Notes under the pieces: model-generated
What the model saw: only the letters and a program-made list of their open reading frames with translations
Told to the model about the DNA's origin: nothing
Databases searched by the model: none
Program-made: the position numbers and the translations under genes
Part shown: positions 20,521 to 30,126 of the stretch, piece by piece
How the letters are laid out: each line of letters opens with the position of its first letter
Numbering within the stretch: the stretch's first letter is position 1
Source of the DNA: an uncultured Nitrososphaeraceae archaeon
Lineage (GTDB): Archaea; Thermoproteota; Nitrososphaeria; Nitrososphaerales; Nitrososphaeraceae
Direction of reading: 5' to 3'
Length of the DNA stretch: 64,000 bases
Assembly (NCBI GenBank): GCA_963729045.1
Contig: CAVSMN010000012.1
Location: forward strand, 256,001 to 320,000

Positions 20521-21210
20521 CTACTTTTCTATTAAATCAATATCTAATATTTCAAACATTCCCCTGATCCCATCCCATGTGACATAGTGGTCTTTAACGC
20601 AAATTCTTTTTTTATATAGTGGACAATCCAATACAAGTGTCTCAGCTTCTCCACCCTCAAAAGTCATGTTAAATTGATATTTATGACTTAATTTTTTTAG
20701 GACGGAATAATTATCTTTTGTAATTATCTTTCCAAGCCAACTACTATCCAAACCTAGTGCGGCGACTCTAGTAATCATGATTTCAAATCCCTGTCTTAGC
20801 AACTGTTCGTAGTAATAATCGCTGTCTATGTTCCAAAGAGGTGAAATTAATCTTAAATTTAGTTTGTCGCAAATATCCTGAAAAATATCTAATTGAAATT
20901 TGCTAGAAATACAACCGTTTACTAATCCATCTATTGAAAATTCATCTATTGCTGTCTTAACCAAACGGGTTAACTCATTAACTTCATAATTTTTCTCAGA
21001 TATGTTGCAGGAGCGCTCTATCACAGGTACACCTATCACGGTAGAAATTTTACTTAACAAATTAGTTGTTGGATAATGAAACAAAAGGCTATCATCACTG
21101 CTTGGATGCATTGTCATGATGCAGCATAAATCATGTTTTTCTAAAGTGGTTTTGAGGATTGCATAGGTGCTATCTTTGCCTCCAGAAAATAAGCCTGCCG
21201 TTCTCAACAA
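20521..21210 (-). CDS. dph6: Diphthine--ammonia ligase (Dph6, PP-loop ATPase)
   Basis: FSGGKDS, SPLW and EGGEAETLVLDCPLY. Confidence 0.92.
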   Translation of the reverse strand: MLRTAGLFSGGKDSTYAILKTTLEKHDLCCIMTMHPSSDDSLLFHYPTTNLLSKISTVIGVPVIERSCNISEKNYEVNELTRLVKTAIDEFSIDGLVNGCISSKFQLDIFQDICDKLNLRLISPLWNIDSDYYYEQLLRQGFEIMITRVAALGLDSSWLGKIITKDNYSVLKKLSHKYQFNMTFEGGEAETLVLDCPLYKKRICVKDHYVTWDGIRGMFEILDIDLIEK

Positions 21211-21274
21211 TTACACGTATTATCCTTGGGATATAATCTAATAGTTTTTATAATAGAATGCAATTTTTAGTTCT

Positions 21275-21490
21275 ATGCTAATGCTAAATTCTGAAATAAT
21301 AGCAGGGGTGTCTATATTCTTACTGGGTTTTCTCTTCTTCATAGCTGGACTTTTGAATTCAGTTTGGGCAATTATTTTCATAGTGGATTATCTTATAATG
21401 GCCATTGGCATTGCGACCATAGGGGTTGGGTTTTGGACCGCCACGTATGAGAGGAAGAATAACCTTCATCATAGTGAACATCATCATTAG
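21275..21490 (+). CDS. Small two-TM membrane protein with a His-rich C-terminus
   Basis: 71 aa, two hydrophobic helices, ends in LHHSEHHH. Confidence 0.7.
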   Translation: MLMLNSEIIAGVSIFLLGFLFFIAGLLNSVWAIIFIVDYLIMAIGIATIGVGFWTATYERKNNLHHSEHHH

Positions 21491-21504
21491 TTTGATAAAA
21501 AAAA

Positions 21505-23282
21505 TTATTCATCTACATAATAAATTAAATTATTTTTTTGAACTTCTTGTGAACTTAAACCTATCAGTGATTCTTCCAGTTTGTCATAGTCCGGCAAATC
21601 ACCATTTATGTTCCCTGGGAAAACGAGAGTCAGATTTATGTTGGAATTTAATACATCGTGAAGTTCTTGGTTGGCAGTTGTGACATATGGTCTTAACGCT
21701 CCCCTAAAAACTTCTGACCTCGCACGGACTTCCCCACTTATTTTCTTACCAACCGGCGAATCAGGACCCACTATTACAATGTTTCCTTTAATTCCTACAA
21801 ATAACGAAGGGTCGTCTAATGCCTGGTTGGTAGTCATTGATAATACTGATTGGGTCGTTATCAAATGTGGGATATTAACGAATTTATCCACCATGATGTC
21901 CCATTGTTTACGATCAAGCAAAGTTAATTTGTTGTCATAGTCATAACTACCTGTAAAGTGTATGGCTGAATCTATTCTACCATACCGAGTATTGATTGTA
22001 TTGAATATTTTCTTTACTGTGTTCTCATCAGCTAAGTCGATGGCGTGATGGTGAAATCCTTCAAACGTCTTGCTCACCTCTGTAGATTGCTCATCGTTTT
22101 GAGTAAGGATAATTAGTTGTTTTACGTTTTAGCCCGCTAATCTTCGTTGCAATTCGCTTGACAAAGTTCAATAATTTTTCTTCTGTAGAAGCCGTAGTAA
22201 TCAAAATTGTTTTATTTTCTAAAGTCTTGTCCTGCTCAATATCTATAGTCCTTTCAACTATTGGCTTTACCGGGTAGAAAACTCTGTCATTTGGAATGAC
22301 TTTTCCGTTTAATAACTTGCTCATTTCGTCACTTGCTAAGCTATGTACCATTTCTGCTACATCATCCTGAGATAAGAATTCGTTATCAACTATCATCTTC
22401 TTCGTATTGTTTTGTACCTTTTCTGCAATTTCTTGTATCTTCGCCAAAAGTTCCTTTGCCAAGCGCTGGATCGAGACAGGATCTAGACCTTCGTATTTTT
22501 CAGCTAAGGAAGTCGCTATTTTCTTTGATTCATTGTCGATTATTTCGGGTTCATCGCCTAAATATGGTAATAAGGCAGACTGAAATCTCTTCGATTTGCT
22601 TGTGACTCAGACCGTTAAAACCACCAACCCTTAAAAATTCGGATGCTGCTTTTGGGTATACAGTTTTATATATTCTGTCTGAGTGGACAGGACCAGGATT
22701 TGTTGCAACAGCTTTGATACCTTTCTCAACTAATTCCCATGCAAAACACTCTGAGAGTCTATTCTTTGCACCCTGTGCTGCGGTATATGGTGTTCTAAAC
22801 CTATAAGGTCTCTGATCATATTTGTTCTCCTCAGTGAAAAAAGTGGAAATTGTAATTATCTTGCCAGTATGGTTGAGTACTTCTAAGGCTTTAATACTTG
22901 TCCAAAAAGTACCTGTAAGGTGTATTGAAACACAATCTTTAAACTCTTGATAACTCGAATTTGTAAAAATCTTTACTGGACCAGAAACTCCAGCATTATT
23001 TACGATTATATCTATATGACCAAAGTCGGTACCAATTTTATCAAACATCTTATTAATTGCTTCAAAATCGGAAACATCTACTCCTGGATAATAAGTTACG
23101 GATGATTCAAATTTTTCATCCGTAATTATTTGTTTTAGAATATTTGACGCATCGATTAGAGGTTCTTTCCTCCTCCCTAAAATTATGATATTGTAACCTA
23201 GTTTAGCAAATTTTCTTGCCACAGCTTGACCAATCCCTGTTCCGCTCCCTGTAACAAGTATTGTTTTGTTACTCTTATTCAT
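21505..23282 (-). CDS. Tandem-SDR oxidoreductase related to Chloroflexus-type malonyl-CoA reductase (one ~591-aa gene split by two +1 indels at ~22575 and ~22128)
   Basis: The three track ORFs join after removing one base at each junction. SDR1 has TGSGTGIG, NNAG, STFF, PYRFRTPY and PGPVHSDRI. A second, degenerate SDR domain follows (LENKTILIT...YGRIDSAIHFTG). Confidence 0.85.
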
Positions 23283-23491
23283 TTTAATATTTAATGAGAC
23301 TTAAATCTCTTATATTAATTATTTATCAGAATGCTTTATTGAACGAATAATTCATATATTTTGTAAATCATATTCTGCTTCTCCGTTATTATAATAAAAC
23401 TTTATAAAATAAGTATCATTTCAGAGATAATATAGAAATGGAGAATTATGGAATTATACGAGAATTTACGGTATTGGGGGTAAATAATTAA

Positions 23492-24571
23492 GTGAAAATA
23501 AAATTCGGTTTGACATTTGGCCTAAACGTCGCTAGATTGGGACTGGACGAAATGCAGGTAATTACTGCAGCGCAAATAGCAGATAGAACTAATTTTGACT
23601 CTGTATGGGCAATGGATCACACAAATGTGCCTCAATGGAAAAACGCTGTAGTAAATGATGCCTGGCTAATGTTAGCAGCAATTGGGTCTGTGACCAACAA
23701 CGTGGAGTTAGGGACATGCGTAACAGATGCCATAAGGAGGCACCCTTCAACTATCGCTCTGTCGACGGTGACCCTTGACAGGATAACTAAAGGTAGGGGT
23801 ATACTGGGAATTGGTGCTGGAGAGGCTCAGAATGTAGTTGATTTTGGAATCGAATTCAGTAAGCCTGTGTCAAAATTTAAGGAGCAATTGGAAGTGATTG
23901 AAAAGCTGTTTGAATCCGATCCAGACAATCATGTAAATTACCAGGGTAATTATTATAGCCTTGTTGAAGCTTGTCTACAAGCAAAGCCCATCAGAAAACC
24001 GCGACCACCTGTATATATCGCTGCCGGGGCCCCAAAAACATTAGAATTGTGTGCAACATATGGCGATGGGTGGATACCTATAGGATATACTCCAGCCTTA
24101 TTTGAACATCATGCAAATGTCATTAAGGATCACGCAAAGAGACTAGGCAGGGACATATCCAATTTTGAATTTGCAAATGATGTGGATGTTTATTTTGCTC
24201 CAGACGGAGAAGCAGCATGGGAAAAGATGAAAAAAGCAGTCAAGGTCAGCCTCTACAAACCTGAATTATTGAAGGTTCACAACATACAACAGGATTCCGA
24301 GTTTGATTTTAGGAGATACTTTACTGAATATGCCATGAACAAACCTGAATTGATGGAACAAATGAAAAAAGCATCTTTACAAATCCCTGATGATGTGGCA
24401 AGAACTGCTATAGGAGTTGGCAGCCCAGATGATGTAATAGAAATGTTGGAACGATTTATTAAGGCCGGTACAAATCATTTCATAATTCGTTTCTGGGGTG
24501 AGGGGCTTTATCAAAACATAGAGACCTTCGGAAATAAAGTCGTTCCTTATTTTGCTGACATGCAAAAATAA
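23492..24571 (+). CDS. LLM-class (luciferase-like) oxidoreductase, probably F420-dependent
   Basis: FDSVWAMDH, LGTCVT...RRHP, TLD.IT.GR.ILGIGAG, PPVYIAA..PK.L....YGDGW.P and VGSPDDV. Confidence 0.9.
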   Translation: MKIKFGLTFGLNVARLGLDEMQVITAAQIADRTNFDSVWAMDHTNVPQWKNAVVNDAWLMLAAIGSVTNNVELGTCVTDAIRRHPSTIALSTVTLDRITKGRGILGIGAGEAQNVVDFGIEFSKPVSKFKEQLEVIEKLFESDPDNHVNYQGNYYSLVEACLQAKPIRKPRPPVYIAAGAPKTLELCATYGDGWIPIGYTPALFEHHANVIKDHAKRLGRDISNFEFANDVDVYFAPDGEAAWEKMKKAVKVSLYKPELLKVHNIQQDSEFDFRRYFTEYAMNKPELMEQMKKASLQIPDDVARTAIGVGSPDDVIEMLERFIKAGTNHFIIRFWGEGLYQNIETFGNKVVPYFADMQK

Positions 24572-24581
24572 TTTTTTTTTC

Positions 24582-25634
24582 TCAAAAATAAATATCTAAT
24601 GATTTAGTTTTCGGAAGTTGCTTTAATTCTTTCTTGACTGTCATGCTTCCTCTCTTTATGGATTCTGCATCATATCCCAATTTGACTAGATAGTTAGCAA
24701 ACTCTTCTTGAAATCCATGAAATGTGTATATTTTGCGGGGATTGCACTGTTTTACAACATCGAGTAACTCGCTATGATCACAATGATCGCTAAAAGGGAT
24801 CACATAATCCAGGTTCATCATGTTTCTGTAATTTCTATTTATTGCCCATCCACTGAAACCTATAGTAATTGCGCCATACTTTTCCCTATAATGAGATATC
24901 TTGGGATCCTTGCCGTTAGTTAAAGGATGTATCATTATCCATGGTCCCTTCTCCATCAAGCCCAGTTCTATTGCATCAGACAATGGTGTAGAATCTTCTA
25001 ATGTCACTCCAAATTGCTTGTACATTTGATTGAACTTGAATATTTCATCATGAATTATTAGCGGCTTCCAAGCGCCAAACAACGATGTAAGGACCTGTGC
25101 CTTCCCCAATGAATATCCCATTAAGATGACTGGAATTCCTCTGCTGTACATTTCTGAAATTAAGGAATTTACCGAATGGGTAATATGTTCTAATGGAGGG
25201 AAAATGTATTCAGGTTTTCCAAAGGTTGTTTCAATAATTAGGGTTTCGGCTTTCGGAATAGAGGTCTTTCTAAGAAATGCTCTATCCCTCATGGATAAGT
25301 CGCCAGTATAGAAAATCTCGTTTCCAATCAAAAGACCTTTTGACCCTAGTATATGTCCAGTATCAATTAATGTGCAGTCATCCTGATAACAAATTTCTTT
25401 TTCAAAGATGTAGCCACGAAGGCTCGCAATTGCAAGGGTTTCAGGCGAACAGATGATCTTATTTCTTAAATTGTATTTCTTGGTAGCAGTCTTATTTAAC
25501 ATGTGATCAATATGTGCATGCGAAATGAAAACATAATTTTCAGCTAATATTTGCCTCGGATCTAGGTATATTTTTTTTTCCCTGCTTGTAAGTATTATTT
25601 GATGTTTTGCATCCGAGGTGATTTGGTACGGCAC
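24582..25634 (-). CDS. MBL-fold (beta-CASP-like) nuclease
   Basis: SHAHIDH, GHILGS, YTGD, ETTFG.P.Y, YSLGKAQ, FSDHCD and FHG. Confidence 0.88.
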   Translation of the reverse strand: MPYQITSDAKHQIILTSREKKIYLDPRQILAENYVFISHAHIDHMLNKTATKKYNLRNKIICSPETLAIASLRGYIFEKEICYQDDCTLIDTGHILGSKGLLIGNEIFYTGDLSMRDRAFLRKTSIPKAETLIIETTFGKPEYIFPPLEHITHSVNSLISEMYSRGIPVILMGYSLGKAQVLTSLFGAWKPLIIHDEIFKFNQMYKQFGVTLEDSTPLSDAIELGLMEKGPWIMIHPLTNGKDPKISHYREKYGAITIGFSGWAINRNYRNMMNLDYVIPFSDHCDHSELLDVVKQCNPRKIYTFHGFQEEFANYLVKLGYDAESIKRGSMTVKKELKQLPKTKSLDIYF

Positions 25635-25728
25635 TATTAGATTATCTTAATTGAGCTTATTTATTTAATATTATATCATATATTTGAATACATTAAAATT
25701 AAATTTATATTGAATCAAAATTAAGAAA

Positions 25729-27015
25729 TTGAATCAATCCAAAATTATTTATGTTTTGCTTGATGGGGTAGGCGACCTTCCACATCCAGATTTAAATTGC
25801 TTGACCCCGCTGGAAGCGGCATATACCCCATATCTTGATAAGATTGCTAGAATGGGAGTTTCGGGCCAAGTTGTGAGTGTTGGAGATGGGATTGCTCCTC
25901 AGTCTGATATTGCAGTTTTTAATATGTTAGGCTACAACTTTAGAGACATTGAATATTTTGGAAGGGGAGTAGTAGAATGCATAGGTTGTGGAATTGATTT
26001 TAAGGAGGGAGATCTAGCACTAAGAGGCAATTTTGCAACAATCGACCCAACTAATAAGAAAATTTTAGACAGACGAGCTGGTAGAATTGTTACCGAGGCA
26101 AATTCGGCTGCAATCTGTGCTCTCATTAGAAAGAATATCAAGATAGAGGGAATAGAGTTCTCGATAGAGCCGACAATTGGGCATAGAGTTGTCATACGAT
26201 TCAGGAAAAAAGGTACAACATTAGGTGAGAATATTACAAATACGGATCCTGCTTATGACAAAGTAAATGGGATTGGTATTGCATTGGATACTTCCAAGGG
26301 AGATTTGTATGTAACAAAATCAGAATCAAAGGATGCAAATTCTCAATTATCAGCCACTATCATAAACCAGTTCTCTGACCAAGTAATAGAAATACTGGAT
26401 AATTGTCCGGTGAATATAGAGCGGAAAGAAAAGAATTTGTTGCCAATAAATTGTATTTTATTGAGAGACGCTGGGAATAGATATCCTCATTTACAGCGTA
26501 TTAATGATAAATACAATCTAAATTTCGCATCTCTTGTTGATATGCCTGTGGAAATCGGAATTTCACAGATACTGGGAATGAGGTCGTACAACGCTGGTTC
26601 GCCAGATGAATATGAATTAAAAGCTAGTAAATTACTAAAGATAATTGAAAATCACGATGTTGTTTATGTCCATATTAAAGGTCCTGATGAATTTGGTCAT
26701 GATGGGAACGCCAAGGGTAAAAAAAACAATATAAATGAAATAGACAAGCGTTTTTTTAGAAAAATTTTAGAGGGAATTAGCACAATCAAAGGTATAGAAA
26801 TATATTTCATAATTTCGGGCGATCACTCAACACCTTGTATTAAAAAGGCCCACACCGACGATCCCATACCCATAATTGTTTCTGGCCAAGGAATTAGGAA
26901 AGATACTACATCAAGATTTACAGAATCAAATTCCAAGAGGGGATCATTGGGTAAAATTTATGGATATCAAGTATTAAGTACCGCCATCAAGCAGTTAGAA
27001 AACCGCAAAGTTTGA
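25729..27015 (+). CDS. apgM: 2,3-bisphosphoglycerate-independent phosphoglycerate mutase (archaeal)
   Basis: LDG.GD, TPLEAA.TP.LD, P.SD, RGNFAT, DRRAGR, HIKGPDE.GHDG and GDHSTP. Confidence 0.94.
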   Translation: MNQSKIIYVLLDGVGDLPHPDLNCLTPLEAAYTPYLDKIARMGVSGQVVSVGDGIAPQSDIAVFNMLGYNFRDIEYFGRGVVECIGCGIDFKEGDLALRGNFATIDPTNKKILDRRAGRIVTEANSAAICALIRKNIKIEGIEFSIEPTIGHRVVIRFRKKGTTLGENITNTDPAYDKVNGIGIALDTSKGDLYVTKSESKDANSQLSATIINQFSDQVIEILDNCPVNIERKEKNLLPINCILLRDAGNRYPHLQRINDKYNLNFASLVDMPVEIGISQILGMRSYNAGSPDEYELKASKLLKIIENHDVVYVHIKGPDEFGHDGNAKGKKNNINEIDKRFFRKILEGISTIKGIEIYFIISGDHSTPCIKKAHTDDPIPIIVSGQGIRKDTTSRFTESNSKRGSLGKIYGYQVLSTAIKQLENRKV

Positions 27016-27024
27016 TCTCACAAG

Positions 27025-28303
27025 TTACGTAGTAGGTTTGAATCTTAACAATGCTCCAATTTTTCCAAGGCTTTGAATCTGGGCCCCCTCTTCGGTTTTA
27101 GAAGAAATTATGTCAAGTTTTGTTCCAGCTAGTGAAGCATATTCCTCCAAGTAGTCTATGAAATCCTTTTCATTAATTGTGTAGTCCTGTCCACCACATT
27201 TGGAACAAGGGGTAGAAATGATGTTTTGTTTCGTTTCAATCAGTTGGTCTCTTTCAACTATTTTTTCATAGCTGAAATCGCATTTCCTGCAAATTACTTC
27301 TAGGTATACTAAATCAATGCTATCGGTTGCAATTATCGAATCGGTTATTCCTGCCTTGAGATTATTTACAACATCATTAAGACCATATATTCCTAAACCC
27401 TTTCCTGAAAAAACTTCACCCATGAATTTTTTCACAATTTTCTTTTCTTCCATGGATCGGAATTCCGACATTATTCCTTGATCATTTACCTTATCTATGA
27501 TTTCCCTTACCCCCTCGTCACCAGAATACGAAGTATCAAGCGTAGCAATGATATTATTTTGCAGTCTATAATCAAGATATTCCTCTCTGACAAAAGTCTC
27601 TTTTGTGGGTCCTGGGCCTCCTACAATCAGACCCTTGACCGTATATTGATCAATAAAAATTTTTTGCGCATAATTTGCAATACGATGGTAATATTCATTA
27701 AGTTCATTATCTCTAAGACGCTCAAACCTTCGCGCAGATTGTCCTCCTTGGCGGTGTTTACCAGAAACCCCAGATGTCAAAGTTTCAATTGTTTCCCATC
27801 TATCCCCAGTTAAAATTCCTAACCCCGCCTCTTGAGTGTCTATAGATATAATGGCAATTGTACGATCATCTTTTAGCATCTCCTTTATATGATCTATCCA
27901 AAAATGATCATCACATCTATACAAGTTAATCTGAACTGGTTTTGGGGGTACAACCGTGAATATTTCTATTTTTTCAGTTCCTAAACCTTTCCCAGTAGGA
28001 ATGGCCCCGCAAAAAATAACTAATCCGTTTTCAGGAGGCTCCTTATATAATTTTAATTGTTCCATTGTTTTGTTAAGGGCATCCTGAACATGATTTCTGG
28101 TCAAATCTGATTTTATGTTTGATGCAGTTCCGGCTTCATTTCTCAATTGTGCTAATAACATCATATATTGGCCTTTTTGGTGGAATATAAACAGTAACTA
28201 GTTCAGTACCGTGACCAGTTATCTTTGATAGATCATTTAACATTTTGGTTAATTTATATTTTTTTACTGAATCCCATTTTTCGTCGCTACTTGACTGAGG
28301 CAT
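27025..28303 (-). CDS. prf1: Peptide chain release factor aRF1 (N-terminal ~50 codons in another frame, +1 indel at ~28158)
   Basis: ATG at 28303 gives MPQSS...GHGTELVTVYIPP. The downstream frame has TASNIKS, YRCD, GGQSARRFER and GGPG. Confidence 0.95.
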
Positions 28304-28539
28304 AAATGTTATTTGGTTTTACTTAATTTAATTTTTGACAATTTAGATCTGCTAGGAAGCTCAGACCGAAATGAAAATTACAGGAAACCACATTTTTCAA
28401 CATATTTTACAAAAACGTAATTTTGTCGAATGATCAGGACCATTTATTTAATTTTTTATACTAAGAATTATTTCTTTTACAAAAAAAGGATGCATAATAC
28501 TTATTTAAAGCAATTTGGTGAACTTTTTAGGTAGAAAAA

Positions 28540-29607
28540 TTGTCAGAATTAAGAAAGGATTATTATGTTCAAGATAAGTTTGTTTTAATACCTAATAATA
28601 TTGATAATACGAACAAAAAAACTGAAATCAATTACAATAAAACGCAATCTGATCCTGTTACTAACAGTCAAGTATGCCCATATTGCACTGGATCTACCGG
28701 GGATTGCGACAATCTTGTATTATCTTTTGTAGTCAAGGAAGGAATATTGCAGAGACTATATGATACAACCGATGATGAGAATGAGAATTGGTCGATCCGA
28801 GTTTTTGAATGCACGAATCCCCTAGTAACCGCGCACTCAAATCAGCAGTATTCAGATCGTCCATTCTATAGGGAGCCAGCATGTGGATACGACCTTATTA
28901 TCGTTCCAACCCCAAATCATGATATCGCTCTTTCAGAATTGTCCATTGATCAATGGACCAATCTGTTGTTGGTACTTCAGGACAGGGTAAGATGGTTATA
29001 CAGCCAGCGGGGTGTGACATATGTTGCTATATATGCCAGCCGTGGGACTAATGGAGGTAGTAAAATAAAACATCCTCATTTCCATATCACGACATTTTCT
29101 TCAATCCCTCCTATTATCGAAAAAGAAGCGAAAACCTTTCACCAATCCATGAATGAAAGCGGTAGTTGTCCTGCATGTAGTATGATAGAGTCTGAAATTA
29201 ACGGTCCCAGACAATTGTTCTCTACTAATGGTTTCATAACCTTAGTTCCATGGGCGCCCACCTATAATTACGAATTTTGGATTTGTCCTCGAAAACATTC
29301 TACCTTTTTTTCAAAGGCAAGTCAGAAGGAAATAAATGATCTAGCCTTGGTGATTTGTTCATCCTTACGAGGGATGGATAAGATACTGGGTAAAACCGAT
29401 TTTAGCATGGCTTTTCATATTTCACCTGAGAAAAAGAATAGTAGGCAATTACACTGGCATATAGAAGTATATCCTCTAATTTCTTCTTGGTCTGGTTTGG
29501 AAAGAGGGTTTGGGATATACGTAAATACACCAAATCCTGAAGATTCAGCTAAAATATTGGGAGAAGCTTCAAGAAAGGAATTGGCAAATTTGATTGGAGT
29601 ACATTAA
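28540..29607 (+). CDS. galT: Galactose-1-phosphate uridylyltransferase-like protein (GalT/HIT superfamily)
   Basis: SELRKD, CPYC, HPH, CPAC, PWAP...E.WI.P.KH, HWHIE.YP and GLERG.G.YVN...PE. Confidence 0.85.
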   Translation: MSELRKDYYVQDKFVLIPNNIDNTNKKTEINYNKTQSDPVTNSQVCPYCTGSTGDCDNLVLSFVVKEGILQRLYDTTDDENENWSIRVFECTNPLVTAHSNQQYSDRPFYREPACGYDLIIVPTPNHDIALSELSIDQWTNLLLVLQDRVRWLYSQRGVTYVAIYASRGTNGGSKIKHPHFHITTFSSIPPIIEKEAKTFHQSMNESGSCPACSMIESEINGPRQLFSTNGFITLVPWAPTYNYEFWICPRKHSTFFSKASQKEINDLALVICSSLRGMDKILGKTDFSMAFHISPEKKNSRQLHWHIEVYPLISSWSGLERGFGIYVNTPNPEDSAKILGEASRKELANLIGVH

Positions 29608-29661
29608 CATTCTCTTGTAACAATATTAAAATATTGTATCTTTCAAAATGAAAATATAGAA

Positions 29662-30099
29662 ATGTTAAGGGCCGGAGAGTGGTTGTCAATTGCAGTTTTG
29701 GGTCTGGTAGTTTTATTCATATTTAACTCAATTGCCTTCTTCACTTTTTTGATTGGTCCTGAGAGTATTGGCCCAACAACTACCGTCGATCCATCCACTG
29801 CTTATCTCCAATTCATATTCATTTCACTAGCACCGGCAATCGGACTTTCATTTTTTACAAACGTGTTATCCGAAGGATCACGATTATCCTCCTTACTAGT
29901 ATTAGCATCTGGAATTTGCTTAATATTCGGGATGATCTATATAACTACATTGATCCCTTTGATAACTGAAATTGATTTGCCATCATGGGTTGTCTATGCA
30001 CCCTGGGTATTTTCAATTTTTGGTATACTAATGGTAGCTATGGGTTACATAAACTATAGAAAGAGGCTGTATATGTCCGCCAAAAATGCTAAGATCTAA
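29662..30099 (+). CDS. Four-TM membrane protein, hypothetical
   Basis: 145-aa ORF with four hydrophobic segments. Confidence 0.7.
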   Translation: MLRAGEWLSIAVLGLVVLFIFNSIAFFTFLIGPESIGPTTTVDPSTAYLQFIFISLAPAIGLSFFTNVLSEGSRLSSLLVLASGICLIFGMIYITTLIPLITEIDLPSWVVYAPWVFSIFGILMVAMGYINYRKRLYMSAKNAKI

Positions 30100-30126
30100 C
30101 TACTTGGAAATGGCGATAGATTAGAC

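Noticed and set aside
28130..28303. Frameshift near the start of the release factor gene, reminiscent of bacterial prfB autoregulatory frameshifting
   Set aside because: There is no slippery codon directly followed by a stop at the junction, and the same kind of 1-nt indel affects ~16 unrelated genes. Assembly error is the simpler explanation.
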